From Octopus bimaculoides (lineage: Eukaryota), in assembly GCF_001194135.2 (NCBI RefSeq), contig NC_068989.1, positions 67,076,671-67,116,096 on the forward strand: a stretch of DNA of 39,426 nt, given 5' to 3'. A program made the translations under genes and the position numbers. The notes beneath the pieces were generated by a model. That model did not search any database. It was not told the DNA's origin and saw only the letters and a program-made list of their open reading frames with translations. This document shows, in pieces, positions 24,024-36,939 of this stretch; position 1 is the stretch's first letter, and every line of letters starts with the position of its first letter.

Positions 24024-24250
24024 ACTTTTGAGTGGGATGGGCTACTCAAACTGAAGAAAATTCTAACTGGGCTCCACCTGCAAGGTTATGCACTGTTTAT
24101 CTTGGTATGAGATCGCCATGTCGCACACATGGTTGTAATGCATGTGCCTGGTGTACCCTTATCAAATAGTCACAATGGGTATACTGGGCTTCATATATTA
24201 TACATCAGTGTCAATTTGATGGTATGCACTGTTCTCTCACTCAAAAATAT
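24024..24250 (+). mobile_element. SINE-like family 3, 3' part
   Basis: Matches 12690-12925. Confidence 0.75.
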
Positions 24251-24639
24251 TAATAATAATAATAATAATAATTATTATAATAACAATAATAATAATAGTA
24301 ATAACAACTTCAACAACACTAGCGATAATAATTCTTTCTAATTTTGGCACAAGGCCAGCAATTTTGATTGGAGACAGAAAATCAATTACATTGACCCCCA
24401 GTTGTTGACTGATCCCTCAATTTTATTGACCCCTGAAAGGTTTTATTAGATCTTGCAGTACTAGGGATAAGCGGGTACAATATTTGGTTTGGAATTGTGA
24501 AATGCAAAGAACGGGCTTTGAGATATAAAGGAAGAAGGAAAATTTGAGGAACTCTCAGCTATTTGTTACGGCTTACTCTTTCAACATAAATAACTGGCAA
24601 AAGATCAATCTATCGAAAAGATAATGCTAATACTAATAC

Positions 24640-24815
24640 GAAGAAGAAGAAGAAGAAGAAGAATGAGGAGGGGAGGAGGGGAAGAAGAAGAAGAAGAAGA
24701 AGAAGGATGAGGGGGGAGAAGAAGAAGGAGGAGGAGGAGAAGAAGGAGGAGGAGGGGAGGAGGAGGAGGGGAAGAAGAAGAAGGAGAACAACAACAACAA
24801 CAACAACAACAACAA
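24640..24815. repeat. Compound (GAA)/(GGA)/(CAA) purine-rich tract
   Basis: Directly visible. Confidence 0.95.
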
Positions 24816-25344
24816 TTTAATAATGATAAATGGAAAGTAGAGAAGGAACACAGTAGAGATATTCAGGTCACACAATACACAAATAGATACATGGAAACAG
24901 AACTGAAATATTATAACTCATTCAACTCATTTAACCAAATAAATTTTATTAATTGTTGAATTTAGATAAGGATGAAGATAAAGATTAAGGAAATAAGCTG
25001 TTTCAAATCTATTTTAAAATATGAAAATATAACTGAAATACAAAATTATCCCAATGAAATGCTTAGATTTTATTGGCATTGTTCTTGAAAATATAACTTA
25101 AGTACAAAATTATTTTAATAAAATATTCAGATGTTGGTATTGTTCTTGTAGTTTAGTTCTTAAGTCAGTCCTACTTGAGCGAGCCTTATAATCAAATGCA
25201 TTATATTATGACCATCCAGTCTTTATTTCAGGCATAGTAAATGTAGAAAGAACAACATTATACAATGTGCCCTCTCATTTTTTAATCCTTTTGTTACCAA
25301 CCTGTTAGAGATTACTCTTGCTTCTGTGACACAAATTTCCTGTT

Positions 25345-25565
25345 TTAACCGTTAAGTGTTTAATCCGGCCATATCTAGCCAAAATATTCTACCTGTTTTA
25401 TGTTAAAAACTGACCAGATCCAACTTCTCACACATTCCATAAAATGTCATTCTAAAAATATTGAAATCTTGAAGCCACAAGATAATGTGTGCTTAATTCA
25501 AAACAATGTGAATACATAATATAAGCAATATATTTGACCAAGAAACCTGAATTCTAAATGGTTAA
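25345..25565. mobile_element. piggyBac-type MITE family A, degenerate
   Basis: tttaatccggccatatctagccaaaatattctacctgttttatg...ctgaattctaaatggttaa. Confidence 0.65.
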
Positions 25566-27691
25566 TTTTTTGCCAATCCTGTGTATCACAATGTGATGTT
25601 CATGCATCATACATTTTACACATTTACATACGAAAGGAAAGCTTTATGTTGATCAGAACATTGAAACAAGGATTAACTAAAAGTATGAAAACAAACATGA
25701 ACGTTTGGGACAAACTTATAAAAATGTTTTGGACAGGCAAAAAGGTTAAAGCAACCTAAATTAAAACTTATTTTCCGGACACCAGCTTCATAATGACAAA
25801 GATTTTTTATTAAATTCTTGATTACTTATTTAACCAATTGAAAAAAAATATAAGGTAGTGTTTTTCAATAGAGATATGGTAACAAAAAGGTAAAGATGAG
25901 ATGGTAAAGTGCAATTTGAGAGAGATTTGGCAGTTATTTCTAGAAGGTTGAGCAACTGCATAGCAGCTTTCTCTTGTTGTTATTGGAATTGTTAGAGTTA
26001 GGTATATTTTCACTTTAAAGTCTGCTACAAAGTACATTGCTTTCATTTTTACCATTTTTAAATTCTAACATAGTTGAAAATTAAAAGAAGGAATTAATAT
26101 AATCTGAAACAACTCAGGAATTAAAATCTTAAAACGTTAAATACAGTTGGATGGAAAAAAAATATATAGCAGCTTACCATTTTTAAAGATCAAAGAAATA
26201 AAACGGGGGTGGAGGTGCAGTGGGGGAGGCAAAAAAATCATTACTTAGTTCTATAAATAAATGAAGAAATTTATCAATATTCTTTGTAAGGATTTCTTCA
26301 CAAATACAAATATTCCAAATTGATATTTTGAGAGAATAAAATGTTTGTAAAATATAAAACAAAATTTGGAATATTTATAACTAAGAATTTTTCCATACAA
26401 AGGAAGATTTTAACCTAATATTTATATGCTATTGTTTATAGATTTATCATCTGCTTAGAGATCCACTGTTCCAAAAGAAAGAATTATACACACACACGCA
26501 CACGCACACACACACACACACACATATATACATATATTTATCATACATATACATAAACACATATATGCAAATACATATACACATATATATTTATATATAT
26601 GCATATATAGGCATCTATATATACATATACATATAAACATATATATGTATAAGTATATATATATGCATATATTTATATATANNNNNNNNNNTACATACAT
26701 ATATATATGTATACATACACACACACACACATATATACATATTTATATGCTCAAATATATACATATATGTACACACACACACACGTGTGTGTATGTCTAT
26801 ACATATGTATGTACAAAAAGATACTATATTTAAAAGAGCAAAAACTTGGATTGGAATGAATAAATAAATGGTGTCAGCAGTATCATCATCATCCTCATCA
26901 TCATCATTAACAGAAACAACAGCAACAACATCAATAACAACAATAGTGCAAACAACATATTCTTTACCTCAGTATTTTCTCCCACAATGAGATCAATTGC
27001 TTCAGAGCTGGATTGATGATAGATTGCCATGATAAAAGTGAATGTAGATTAATGGGGGAACAAAATAATATAGATGCAAAAAAAATATATCCTTCATTCC
27101 TCCTGTCAACAATTGAGTATTGAGTTGTTTGTTTCTGTGAGAGTAGAATCAGGAAACTTGATTTTGGATTTCAACTCTTCTTGCGTTTGTTTGTTCTCCA
27201 TGATAGGAAAAGTAATTAAACTGAAAAGGAAGCATTGTTTGTATGTTCTTTCATTATTAAAATAAAGGTTGCTGTAAATCTGTAAAATAATGGGTTGAGA
27301 GAATGAACTACTGATTTCATTTAGAGGAGTTAACTACAGACCGAAACCCCCCTGCAAGAAAGACAGACTGTTCCAGCTGTGTTCCTGCCACTTACATACT
27401 GGATTTTAAAATGGATTTCATTGGAGCCTACCTGCTTTATGTTTTATTTACTTTTTTTTTTTTCCATTATTTTGTATTTTTATTTTCATGTTGTTTTATT
27501 TGTTCTTATTCAGCAACCAGTTCTGTCTTGGAAATAATTGACATGAATTGATTAAGTCAGTGTTATGTAGTTAGTTGTGAAGCTAATGTAACTGTGAGTG
27601 TGAAAGCAGCTTCAAGAATGAGACATACACACACTGATGAGAAAATAACAGCATGTCTGATAGTATTAACTGATGGTGTGCATGTGTGTGC

Positions 27692-27738
<47 letters not shown>

Positions 27739-27885
27739 ACATGTTTGATCGTGTGGGATTTTACATCTATGATGTGTGACAGCTGGGCCAACCAATGTCT
27801 TGCAAGTAGATTTGGTAGACAGAAAGTGAAAGCAGCCCATTGCATATATATATATATAATATATATATGTGTGTGTGTGTGTATG

Positions 27886-27917
<32 letters not shown>

Positions 27918-27919
<2 letters not shown>

Positions 27920-28110
27920 TAGCAGTATAGCCCGACGTTGCCCGGGATTAAGTTGAGATTATTAAGCTAATCAAGTGCTTTGTTTCAAACTAAACTAAGT
28001 AACACCAACATCAAATTTGAGTGAAATCCATTGAAATTGATAAACGGGGATCACAACTACAATTTCCATTTAATTTTGGTTTTGATGTACTTGATTCAAT
28101 AGGTCTCCTC
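27918..28110 (+). mobile_element. Helentron/HINE-like element end
   Basis: Begins actagcagtatagcccgacgttgcccggg immediately after a (TA)n/(CA)n tract, resembling ACTAG...CCCG..GTTGCCCGGG HINE termini. Confidence 0.5.
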
Positions 28111-28114
28111 AAGC

Positions 28115-28505
28115 ATAGCATGTCACTCTATGATCCAAGGTGCTTTTGAATGGGCTGGCTATGCGACACTGGTGTAGGTTACAGCTGTGAACTCAGTTTA
28201 TTTGCTGGGTCTTCTCAGTCACAGCATATCTCTAGAGGTCTCAGTCTTTTGTCATTGCTTCTGCAAGGCCCAGCATTCGAAGGTCATGCTTCACCACCTC
28301 ATCCCATGTCTTCCTGGGTCTCTCTCTACCCTGGATTCCTTTCACTGTTTGGGAGTGGCACTTCTTCACACATCTCTCCTCATCCATCTGTAGTACATTT
28401 CCATACCAATGCAAACATCTCTCTTGCATGCCACATTTGATGCTTCTTATATCCAACATTTCTCTCGGGGCTCTTACACTCTGTCATGTGTGCACACTGA
28501 CATTA
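28115..28505 (-). mobile_element. RTE-clade LINE 3' fragment
   Basis: LDIRSIKCGMQERCLHWYGNVLQMDEERCVKKC...RERPRKTWDEVVKHDLRMLGLAEAMTKD; same family as 17315-17590. Confidence 0.85.
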
Positions 28506-28599
28506 CCCCCAAAAATTTCGGGCCTTGTGCCTAGAGTAGGAAAGAATTATGTGAGATTTTAACATTTATAATTTTATGAGCCATTTGTCATGCTATAAA

Positions 28600-29495
28600 C
28601 CACAGATTAAATTTTTTTATTACCTTACTTTTGTTTCAATTAATTTCAAAAATAATGAAGACCATATTAAAATAACTTTGTCATTGTTAATCCAGTGTTT
28701 GGAGTTCAAATTAATATGAAATTTCAATGGACGGTTTTAATTTTTGATCACTTTTACATTTTCATAACCATATTTCTACTGAAATATACTCCCTTCATTT
28801 CAATTATTTTTTAAATAATTAAGAATTTAGTAAACTAATTTTATCATTACTAAGCTGGTACTTGGAATTTAAATTAGCATGAAATTTTGATTGAAGATTT
28901 TAATTTAGATCACTTTGAAACAGAAAGTTTGTTCCATACAACCAGGGGCAGTCTCAGGCAAATTAGTAACAAAAGGGTTAAAACAAGAAGTTTGTATCAT
29001 AAAACAAGGAGTGGTTTAAGTAGATTGGTATCAAAAGGGCTAACCCTTTTATTACCATATTCCTGCTGAAATACACTGCTTTAGTTTCAATTAATTTTGA
29101 AAATAATGAAGAATTTATTGAAATAACTTTGTCTTTATTAACCGTGTAGCATTTAATCCACCCATATCCTTCCAAAATATTCTACCTGTTTTATGTTAAA
29201 ACTAACCAGGTCCAACCTCTCACATCTATGCCGCAATGTAATTCTAAAAAATATACAGTTACATCACTGAAATCTTGATGTTACAAGATAATGTGTAATT
29301 AATTCAGAACAATGTGAATAAATAAACATTACACTTGACAGAGTAATCTGAATGCTAAAGGGTTAATCTGGGGTTTGGGACTTAAATTAGCATGATATTT
29401 TAATGAAACGTTTTTAATTTAGACCACTTTAAAACAGGAAACTTGTATCATAGAATGAGGGCTGAACTCAGGCTGATTTGTATCAAAAAGGTTAA
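28600..29495. mobile_element. Cluster of abutting or nested piggyBac-type MITEs
   Basis: AAAAGGG|TTAA at 28975-28981; AAAAGGG|CTAA|CCCTTTT at 29037-29046; AAAGGG|TTAA at 29360-29366; AAAAAGG|TTAA at 29485-29495. Confidence 0.7.
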
Positions 29496-31343
29496 TAATT
29501 AGAAAATTATTTTACTTAATTTTGTCAGCAAAAATGTGTTTTATGTAAATGTGGTTAGTGAGAGGATTAGTCCAACAAGAAATTTAATCAAATAATGGCA
29601 TTAGACTTTTCTTTGCCATTAAACAATTGCAAAATAAATATTGTAAGTGTTATTATATCAATGGGTTAACGTCATACAGAAGACATCCAATATAATGACA
29701 TGAATAAATGAGGAAAGAGTGGGTGTGAGAGAGAGAGTGAGAGACAGAGACAGAAGGATGGATAGACAGAGACAAAACAGAGTGGGAAAGAGAAAGAATG
29801 AGACAGACAGAGAGGGAGGAACAGACAGACAGACAGAGATCAGAATTCACAGCCATATAGAAAAGCATACTTAGAAAGACAACACAAAAAATACTTTCGA
29901 CAAAGCAACAATTGAATGAAGTGCAAAGAAACTTGATTAATTTGCCAATTCTTGAATAACAAAATACAGAACTACAAATACTGGAGTGAGTTCCATTATT
30001 CAGTAGAGACCAAAGAATATCAGGAATCCTTAAAAGAGACTCAAGACAGTAGATTTGAAACAAAATCAGAAACTAATCAGGATGTTTGTGAATAGAAGTG
30101 AATAAATTCTATAATTCTATTCTTAATTGACATATAAAATGAATAATATACTGTCTGCAACCTCATTTTACACACATACGCCCACCCACCCCCACACACA
30201 TATTGAGTTAACCCTTTTGCAGGCAGAACTACATTTTGATTATGTTTGTCACAGCTCAATGTAAAGCATTCTCATTTTGGTTGATTGTTGAGTATTAAAC
30301 GGTTGTTAATGTATTGAAACAATGCTAGAGAACCCCAGCAGAATTCTTTGTGATTTGCATGTCATTAATATGTCATTATGACATAATTATAACAGTACAT
30401 TTAAAGATTTAAATGCTACAAAAGCACATAAACAGTGCCGAGAGGTTCTTGCCAGCCTATCTGCAAAAGGCAGCCTTCAAGTACATTCTATGCTTTTCCT
30501 TTCTGAAAAAAGTGAAATATGAAGAAATTGGAGGGGGAATTGAAATTTTTAAATGCTAGTTTTTTTACAGATTCAGAATCTCTGTAGATAAAAACCTGGG
30601 TTTCTGTAGAAAAAAAAATGGAAGTGAATGTGGTGACGGTCCGCCTTGTACACCCCTAAGATTTTGATTCAGTCTGCAAGTTGGATAATATGTTCCACGT
30701 GGTTTTGTATTATGACAAATGAAGTAATTGCTTGGTAAAAATATCATGTTTTGTTTTGTTAGTTTTTATATATGATTAAATGACTTGTTTTAAGACAAAA
30801 TATTTACATGCAAATTTTCTGAAAATTGTTTACCCACAACACAAAGGTTTTAAAAAATTATCTATCTTCTAGCATCCACTTTTCCTTGCTTACATGGGTC
30901 AGATGGAATATGTTGATGTATATTTTCTGTGGCTGGTTGCCATTGCTGAGTAAATNNNNNNNNNNNNNNNNNNNNNNNNNNNNNNNNNNNNNNNNNNNNN
31001 NNNNNNNNNNNNNNNNNNNNNNNNNNNNNNNNNNNNNNNNNNNNNNNNNNNNNNNNNNNNNNNNNNNNNNNNNNNNNNNNNNNNNNNNNNNNNNNNNNNN
31101 NNNNNNNNNNNNNNNNNNNNNNNNNNNNNNNNNNNNNNNNNNNNNNNNNNNNNNNNNNNNNNNNNNNNNNNNNNNNNNNNNNNNGGTTACCATAGAAAAA
31201 TATTACCTTGCTTGTTTCCACTCAAGGTAAATATTTCCCCATGTTTTTCATGAAAGACTTGAAACAAACAACAAAACATGATTGGCAGTGAAGCTCATTA
31301 ACAACCATCATGTGATGTCAAGACACACAAACACACACATATA

Positions 31344-32231
31344 TTGGGTCATCCCATAAATAATGTGGGGTTTTATTTATACTTTAATTTTTAAAATTAA
31401 GATAAAGTTCTTTTTTAATCTAAAATATACTCTCCTTCATTTTCTGCAATGCTCTTCCATCTATCGGGTAGACTTGCAAAGTCCCTCTTCCAAAATTCAC
31501 TTGTCCAGTACTGTTCTGATGTCGTCTACAGAAGTCATATTTTTTACCATCCAAATGATTTTGAAGAATGCGGAATAAATGATAATCAGATGGGATAATG
31601 TCTGGCAGATATGGTGGGTGGGGTATCGTTTCCCAATCAAACCGCTCCAGCCTTTAGAATGTCATCCTCTTCTGTAAGTGGCCGAGCATTATCCTGATGG
31701 AGGAACACCTTTCATCTTGAAAGCAAAGATGGTTGTATGTCTTCTAGTGCTGGTGTCAATGAATGGTTGAATGACCAAATTCAAGTTTCTCTGCTAGTTC
31801 CTCAACAGTTTGTTCCACCATAGTTTGCAGGACATCCTCATAGAGCACTACAGATCTTCAAAGATGTGATTTGTCTAGTCTGTAGTTTCTGGCTTGGAAT
31901 TTCTGGAACCACCATTGACATTGGGTTGTGCTTATTGTCTGATCCCCATATACTACATTAATATTCCTTGTACTTTCCATTACATTGTGGCCATTATTAA
32001 ACTCATAAAGCAAAATATGCTCCTCTGTCACTTCCATTATAGCTTTGGAAAAATAATCGTTAAAATCGAACTGCATACTTCAAAACTTGCACTAAGCAAA
32101 GTACACCAACTTGTACAAAGCAAAGTTACTACCTGCTTTTATAGCAAGTTAATGCAGATAGTTTATCCTATCACCCTCTGACTTTTAGTTCATGCAATTG
32201 AAAAAACTGCATTATCTGTGGGATGATCCAA
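31344..32231 (-). mobile_element. Internally deleted mariner (Tc1/mariner) element with both TIRs and TA target-site duplications
   Basis: TA|ttgggtcatcccataaataatg ... cattatctgtgggatgatccaa|TA. Minus-strand remnants include the N-terminal HTH (MEVTEEHILLYEFNNG...STRNINVVYG...CQWWFQKF), then HQDNARP and IPHPPYLPDIIPSDYHLFR (mariner HPPYSPDLAPSDYHLF) and LPDRWKSIAENEGEYILD*. Confidence 0.9.
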
Positions 32232-32236
32232 TACAT

Positions 32237-32655
32237 ATGGCTTTATGGCAAGGAGTTTGCTTCCCAACCATGTGGTCCCAGGTTCAGTCCCACAACATGG
32301 CACCTTGGGCTAGTGTCTTCTACCATAACCTTGTGAGTGGATTTGGTAGGCAAAAACTAAAAGAAACCCATCATATGAATGTGTGTGTGAGTGTGTATGT
32401 GTGTGTGTGTGTGTGTGTGTGCGAGCATATGTGTGTGTGTCAGTTTTTGTCCACCACCACTGCTTGACAACCAGTGTTGGTGTGTTTACATCCCCATAAC
32501 TTAGTGGTTTAGCAAAAGAGAAGGATAGAATAAATAGCCAACTTAAAAAAAAAGTGCAACAAAATGCTGGGGTTGATTTGCTCAACTAAAATTCTTCAAG
32601 GTGGTGCCCCAACATGGCCTCAGTCTAATGACTGAAACAAGTAAAAGATAAAAGA
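32237..32655 (+). mobile_element. SINE family 1, near full length
   Basis: Head atggctttatggcaaggag...ggttcagtccc, an internal (TG)n, and the tail ...atgactgaaacaagtaaaag. Confidence 0.85.
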
Positions 32656-33624
32656 CACACACACACATACTCACACACGCACACACACACACACACACAT
32701 ATTTTATTTTATTTTATTTTGTTTGATGTTTTTTGTTGTTGTTTTTCCCTTTACTTTCTGAATTCAAATCTCACCTGGGCAGGCTTTAGTATTCATCACT
32801 CCAAGGTCAACAAAATTTGAATATGTAATATACTGAGGTTGAATGAATCATCTACATCTTTCCAATGTCACACAAATATTGGCCATGTGCTTTTGTAGGA
32901 AATCAATAATATACTACACCTGTAATTAGCAAAAAATCAATATGTCCAGAGAAATTAAGAATATAATCAATGAAGGTAATGCAACAGAGCAATTATTATA
33001 TATATTTCTATTATGGTATGGATTAACGAGTGTGTGGTGTTAATTTATTCAGGTAATTTATACACAAAATGGAGCTTGGATATCACAAAACAGTGGCAGA
33101 ATATTGGTGCAGTTGACTATAATGAAGAGATATGACTGTATTAAGGCAATGGATTGGTGTAGTCTTTAGAACATTGCAATATTTGTTCTAATTCTCTATA
33201 CCTTGATTTCAAATCCCACTGAAGTCAACTTTGGGTTTTATTTATTTATTTATTTTTGGTAGGGTAGAAGGCAAAGAGTCAATAGATAAAGAGTACAGGT
33301 TCAATTCTCTCTCTCCCTCACTCTCTCTGTCTATCTATCTATCTTTGTCTTTCTTTTTAACAAGGACAAAAAGAACAAAATCAGCAGTGGTCAGATCTAG
33401 AAAGGGATATTCTCAACAAGTTAAAAATTCCCAAGCCATTCTGTATATTATGATGGCACACGACTCCATACTGACAGAGAAAGAGAGAGAGAGAGAGAGA
33501 GACCAAGACAGACAGACAAAAGATAGATGTAAATGTGTGTGCATATATAGAATGTCTTCCCCAATAAATTCCATCTGACCCATGTAAGTGTAGAAAAGGG
33601 GACATTGAACTTGAAACCACATGA

Positions 33625-34135
33625 TTGGGAAGTAAACTACTTAACCACACAACCATACCAGTAAAAGATATTTTGTTGCTTAAATGATAAAATTTTAGGT
33701 ATGACTGTGTGGATAGGCACAGGTGTGGCAGTGTGGTAAAGAAGTTTACTTCCCAACCACATGGTTACAGGTTCAGTCCCACTGTGTGACACCTTGGGTA
33801 AGTGTCTTCTACAATAGCCTTGGTCTAACCAAAGCCTTGTGAGTGGATTTGGTAAACAGAAACATGAAAGAGGCTTTCTGTGGATTTGTGGGTATGTGTG
33901 TGTGTGTGTCTTTATGTCTGTGTTTGTCCCCCAACCATCACTTGACAACCAATGTTTGTGTGTTTACATCCCCATAACTTAGTGGTTCAGCAAAGAAGGC
34001 CAATAGAATTAGTACTATTTATTCTTTATTCAAAGAATAAATCCTGGGGTCACTTTCTTTGACTAAAAGAAAAGCCTTTAAGTTGGTGCTCCAGCATGAC
34101 CATGGCCACAGTCAAATGACCTAACAAGTAAAGGA
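33625..34135. mobile_element. SINE family 1: short minus-strand head (33625-33665) followed by a full plus-strand copy (33712-34135)
   Basis: ataggcacaggtgtggcagtgtggtaaag...ggttcagtcccactgtgtg...tcaaatgacctaacaagtaaagg. Confidence 0.8.
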
Positions 34136-34728
34136 ATAAAAAAAATAAAATAATATAGAGTCTCGTTTTATTTTGAATCTGAAAACAAGAGCAATGAATA
34201 TAGATATTGTATCAAAAACAATATCAATAAATATTGATATTGTTTACCATTCCTTACCAAAAAACTGTAAAAAAATAAAACTTTGATATAAAATCACAGA
34301 GCAAAAAAAGTTTCTTATTTCTTAAATATTTGCTTTTGATTTGTTTTATTGTTTTTGTTGTTTTTTTTTATCTAGTTCTATGCTATATTATCCAAACTAC
34401 TTTTCTTAAGAGAGCACGGTATTGTCTTTTTTATTTCTATTTTTTTTATTTATTTACTCATTTATTTTTTTGGCAAAATTCTTGCTCTAGTTTTGTCACT
34501 TCAGAATCATGGTTTATATATATATACATATATAAACTAGTCTGCAGATGTTTTGAACTTGATGGGAACGCTGAGCTCCCTGTTTGAAAATATAAGGACA
34601 CAGATAGTGTGACATAGAGCCAGCCAGAAACGATGTTTCTTGGGGTTGAAACAACAGTAACATCGTCTCTTTTGAGACAGCCGCATTATGTTGGTAAACA
34701 GCTTTTACTTTATATATATATACATACA

Positions 34729-34960
34729 CAGATATGCCCTGATATAAAGATCTACTACAAAATTATTGACAGATTTAAGATGAAAAGTTCGCCTAACATC
34801 TACTAATTGACAGGAATGTTATTTTCTTTGGCATGTTATGGTTTTTTAAAATCACAACGAAAATAACATTCCTGTCAATTAGTGGATAGATGTCAAGTGA
34901 ACTTTTCATCTTAAATCTGTCAATAATTTGGTAATAGATTTTATGTCAGAGCATATGTCT
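34729..34960. repeat. ~230-bp palindromic (hairpin) element, MITE-like
   Basis: 34729-34826 is the reverse complement of ~34859-34960, including a perfect core attattgacagatttaagatgaaaagttc / gaacttttcatcttaaatctgtcaataat. Confidence 0.85.
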
Positions 34961-35130
34961 GTCTGTCAGTCTGACTATCTAATTTGTTTGTCTGTGTATA
35001 TATATATGTGTGTGCGTGTGTGTGTGTATATATATATATATATGTTTGTATATATGTATATAGATATAGATATATAGATATATATAGATACATATATATA
35101 TACATATATACATAAAAGTTCCCAAAAAAT

Positions 35131-35495
35131 GCACTTTTTTCCGATAATACCAAGAACGTATACCTAGTAGAAAACGGCACATATTCACGACTTCTACACA
35201 ACAGCATCGTCAATAATTACACCAAGGCTAGACCACAAACCTATAACGAAATTAATAAAGAAGCTAGTAATATCGCTGCCAGACTTAAATTAGATTTAAA
35301 AAATAGAGGTCCTCCCCAAAAAAGAGGCCTTTATAACTATCAAAGACCATAAAAAGAACTTCCTATCTAATCCAAAATGTAGGCTTATTAACCCAGCTAA
35401 ATCAGAACTTGGCATTATTAGTAAAGAAATTTTAGGAAAAAATTAATGCGAAAGTCAGGAATGCCACTAGGTTAGTACAGTGGTCCAACAGTACT
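35131..35495 (+). mobile_element. Penelope-like element (PLE) RT N-terminal fragment, two frameshifts
   Basis: SDNTKNVYLVENGTYSRLLHNSIVNNYTKA...INKEASNIAARLKL / [40 protein letters not shown] / [19 protein letters not shown]. The AFIT.KDHK.NF...[12 protein letters not shown] motif is characteristic of one invertebrate PLE RT group (from memory). Confidence 0.7.
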
Positions 35496-35539
35496 TGACC
35501 CAAAATGGCATAAATTATCAAATCTAGCCTTTATTTTAG

Positions 35540-36880
35540 CTGTCATATCTCTCCAGTGTTCTTAATCAGTACCATATTCTCACGTGTTTAGCTAGTATCT
35601 GGTCACAGCCTTTAGTTCCAGCTAAAATAGTTGATGCCATATCACCCCTAATCTTCTTCATTTTCTCCTTCCTTTCACTTATGAATGAGCAAACTACCAT
35701 ATTCTTTAACCTTTCACATTTTTCAAGTAGCTACTGTCTTGGAGTTTCTCCAACAATATTTTTCTTTGAATGATTTCATTTCTTATCTATGTATGGGATT
35801 CTCAGGATATTTCTCAAGCATTTCTGATGGAAGGCATCCAACATTTTGACTCACATGAATCACCATTGATAGTACAATGGTACTGCACAAGTAGATCATG
35901 ATATTAACCCTTTAGCATTTAAACCGGCCATATCCAGCCCAAACATTCCGTTTTATGTTCAAACCAGCCACTCCTATCCTACAATGTCATTCCAAAAACA
36001 TGTGATCACATGATCAAAATCTCAAAACTAAGAGATAAGGCATGATTAAATGAAAACAGTGCGAATAAACAGGCATATTTATAATGGGATAATGTCCAGT
36101 GTGTTTACAGACAAGATTGTCTACATTCGCTAAAACAGTCACCATTCCATTTCTGCATTTGACAGTGGTTCCATTTCTATTATCACACAGAACACTGTCA
36201 AAGTACATCTTTGAGAGCCTGCTCTTCAACTATCAAGGTGGGGTTTCCTGTTCCTTGGCTGGTCTCCATAGTCATGTTTCTCTGCATTCATTATCAGACC
36301 AGTTTTCTTTGCTACTTCACTTAGGCACCAAGTCAGCTCTCTCAGACCATCTCTAGATCCTAATGACAATACAACAGCATCAGTAAAGTCCAAGACAGCA
36401 AACTATCTCTGATTTTTTCATCAGATGCCAAATTTAATACTGTCAACTACCTTTCACATGAGGAAATCCATGGTTTGTAGAAAGAGAAACAGCAACAAGT
36501 CACAACCCCAGTGAACCCCCATAGCAAAATCAAACTATCTTGTTTCCATTTTACCATCTTTACACAGTAGTCAGACATAAATGCTTCTGAAGTTTGCAAT
36601 GTGGTGCTCTTTGATACCATAAGTTTTTGCAATACTCCATTAGACATTCTCAATGAATGCTATCAAATGCCTATAGACAATGGTCACAGGAACTCCTACA
36701 CTACTTGATAATATCCTATATTGAGATGATAGCATGACTACTGTTGTCTAAATCCTACCTGTTCTTCCCATAGTCTTGCATCATGAAGTCACCATAACAG
36801 CCATTCTTATAAGCAACCAGATACTGTATAGCTGACGAGTATTATATTAGCTTGTACTACTGAGTTCAATATCTTTAAGA
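35540..36880 (-). mobile_element. Old, heavily decayed RTE-like LINE interrupted by a MITE
   Basis: Minus-strand remnants in order: MGVHWGCDLLLFLFLQTMDFLM (GVRQGC.LSP.LF...MD), VLDFTDAVVL (LDFADD), LSEVAKKTGLIMNAEK, LDAFHQKCLRNILRI. Confidence 0.65.
35908..36075. mobile_element. piggyBac-type MITE family A, truncated
   Basis: TTAA|CCCTTTAGCATTTAAACCGGCCATATCC at 35904-35935. Confidence 0.75.
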
Positions 36881-36939
36881 GTAAAACACACCCAAGATAG
36901 ATTAGTGAGATAGTGTGTCTTTTATGCTATAAAATACAG

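Noticed and set aside
29653-30063. 136-aa minus-strand ORF
   Set aside because: Its last third is a translated (CT/GT)n tract and the rest has no recognisable domain. The region is kept only as a possible non-coding island.
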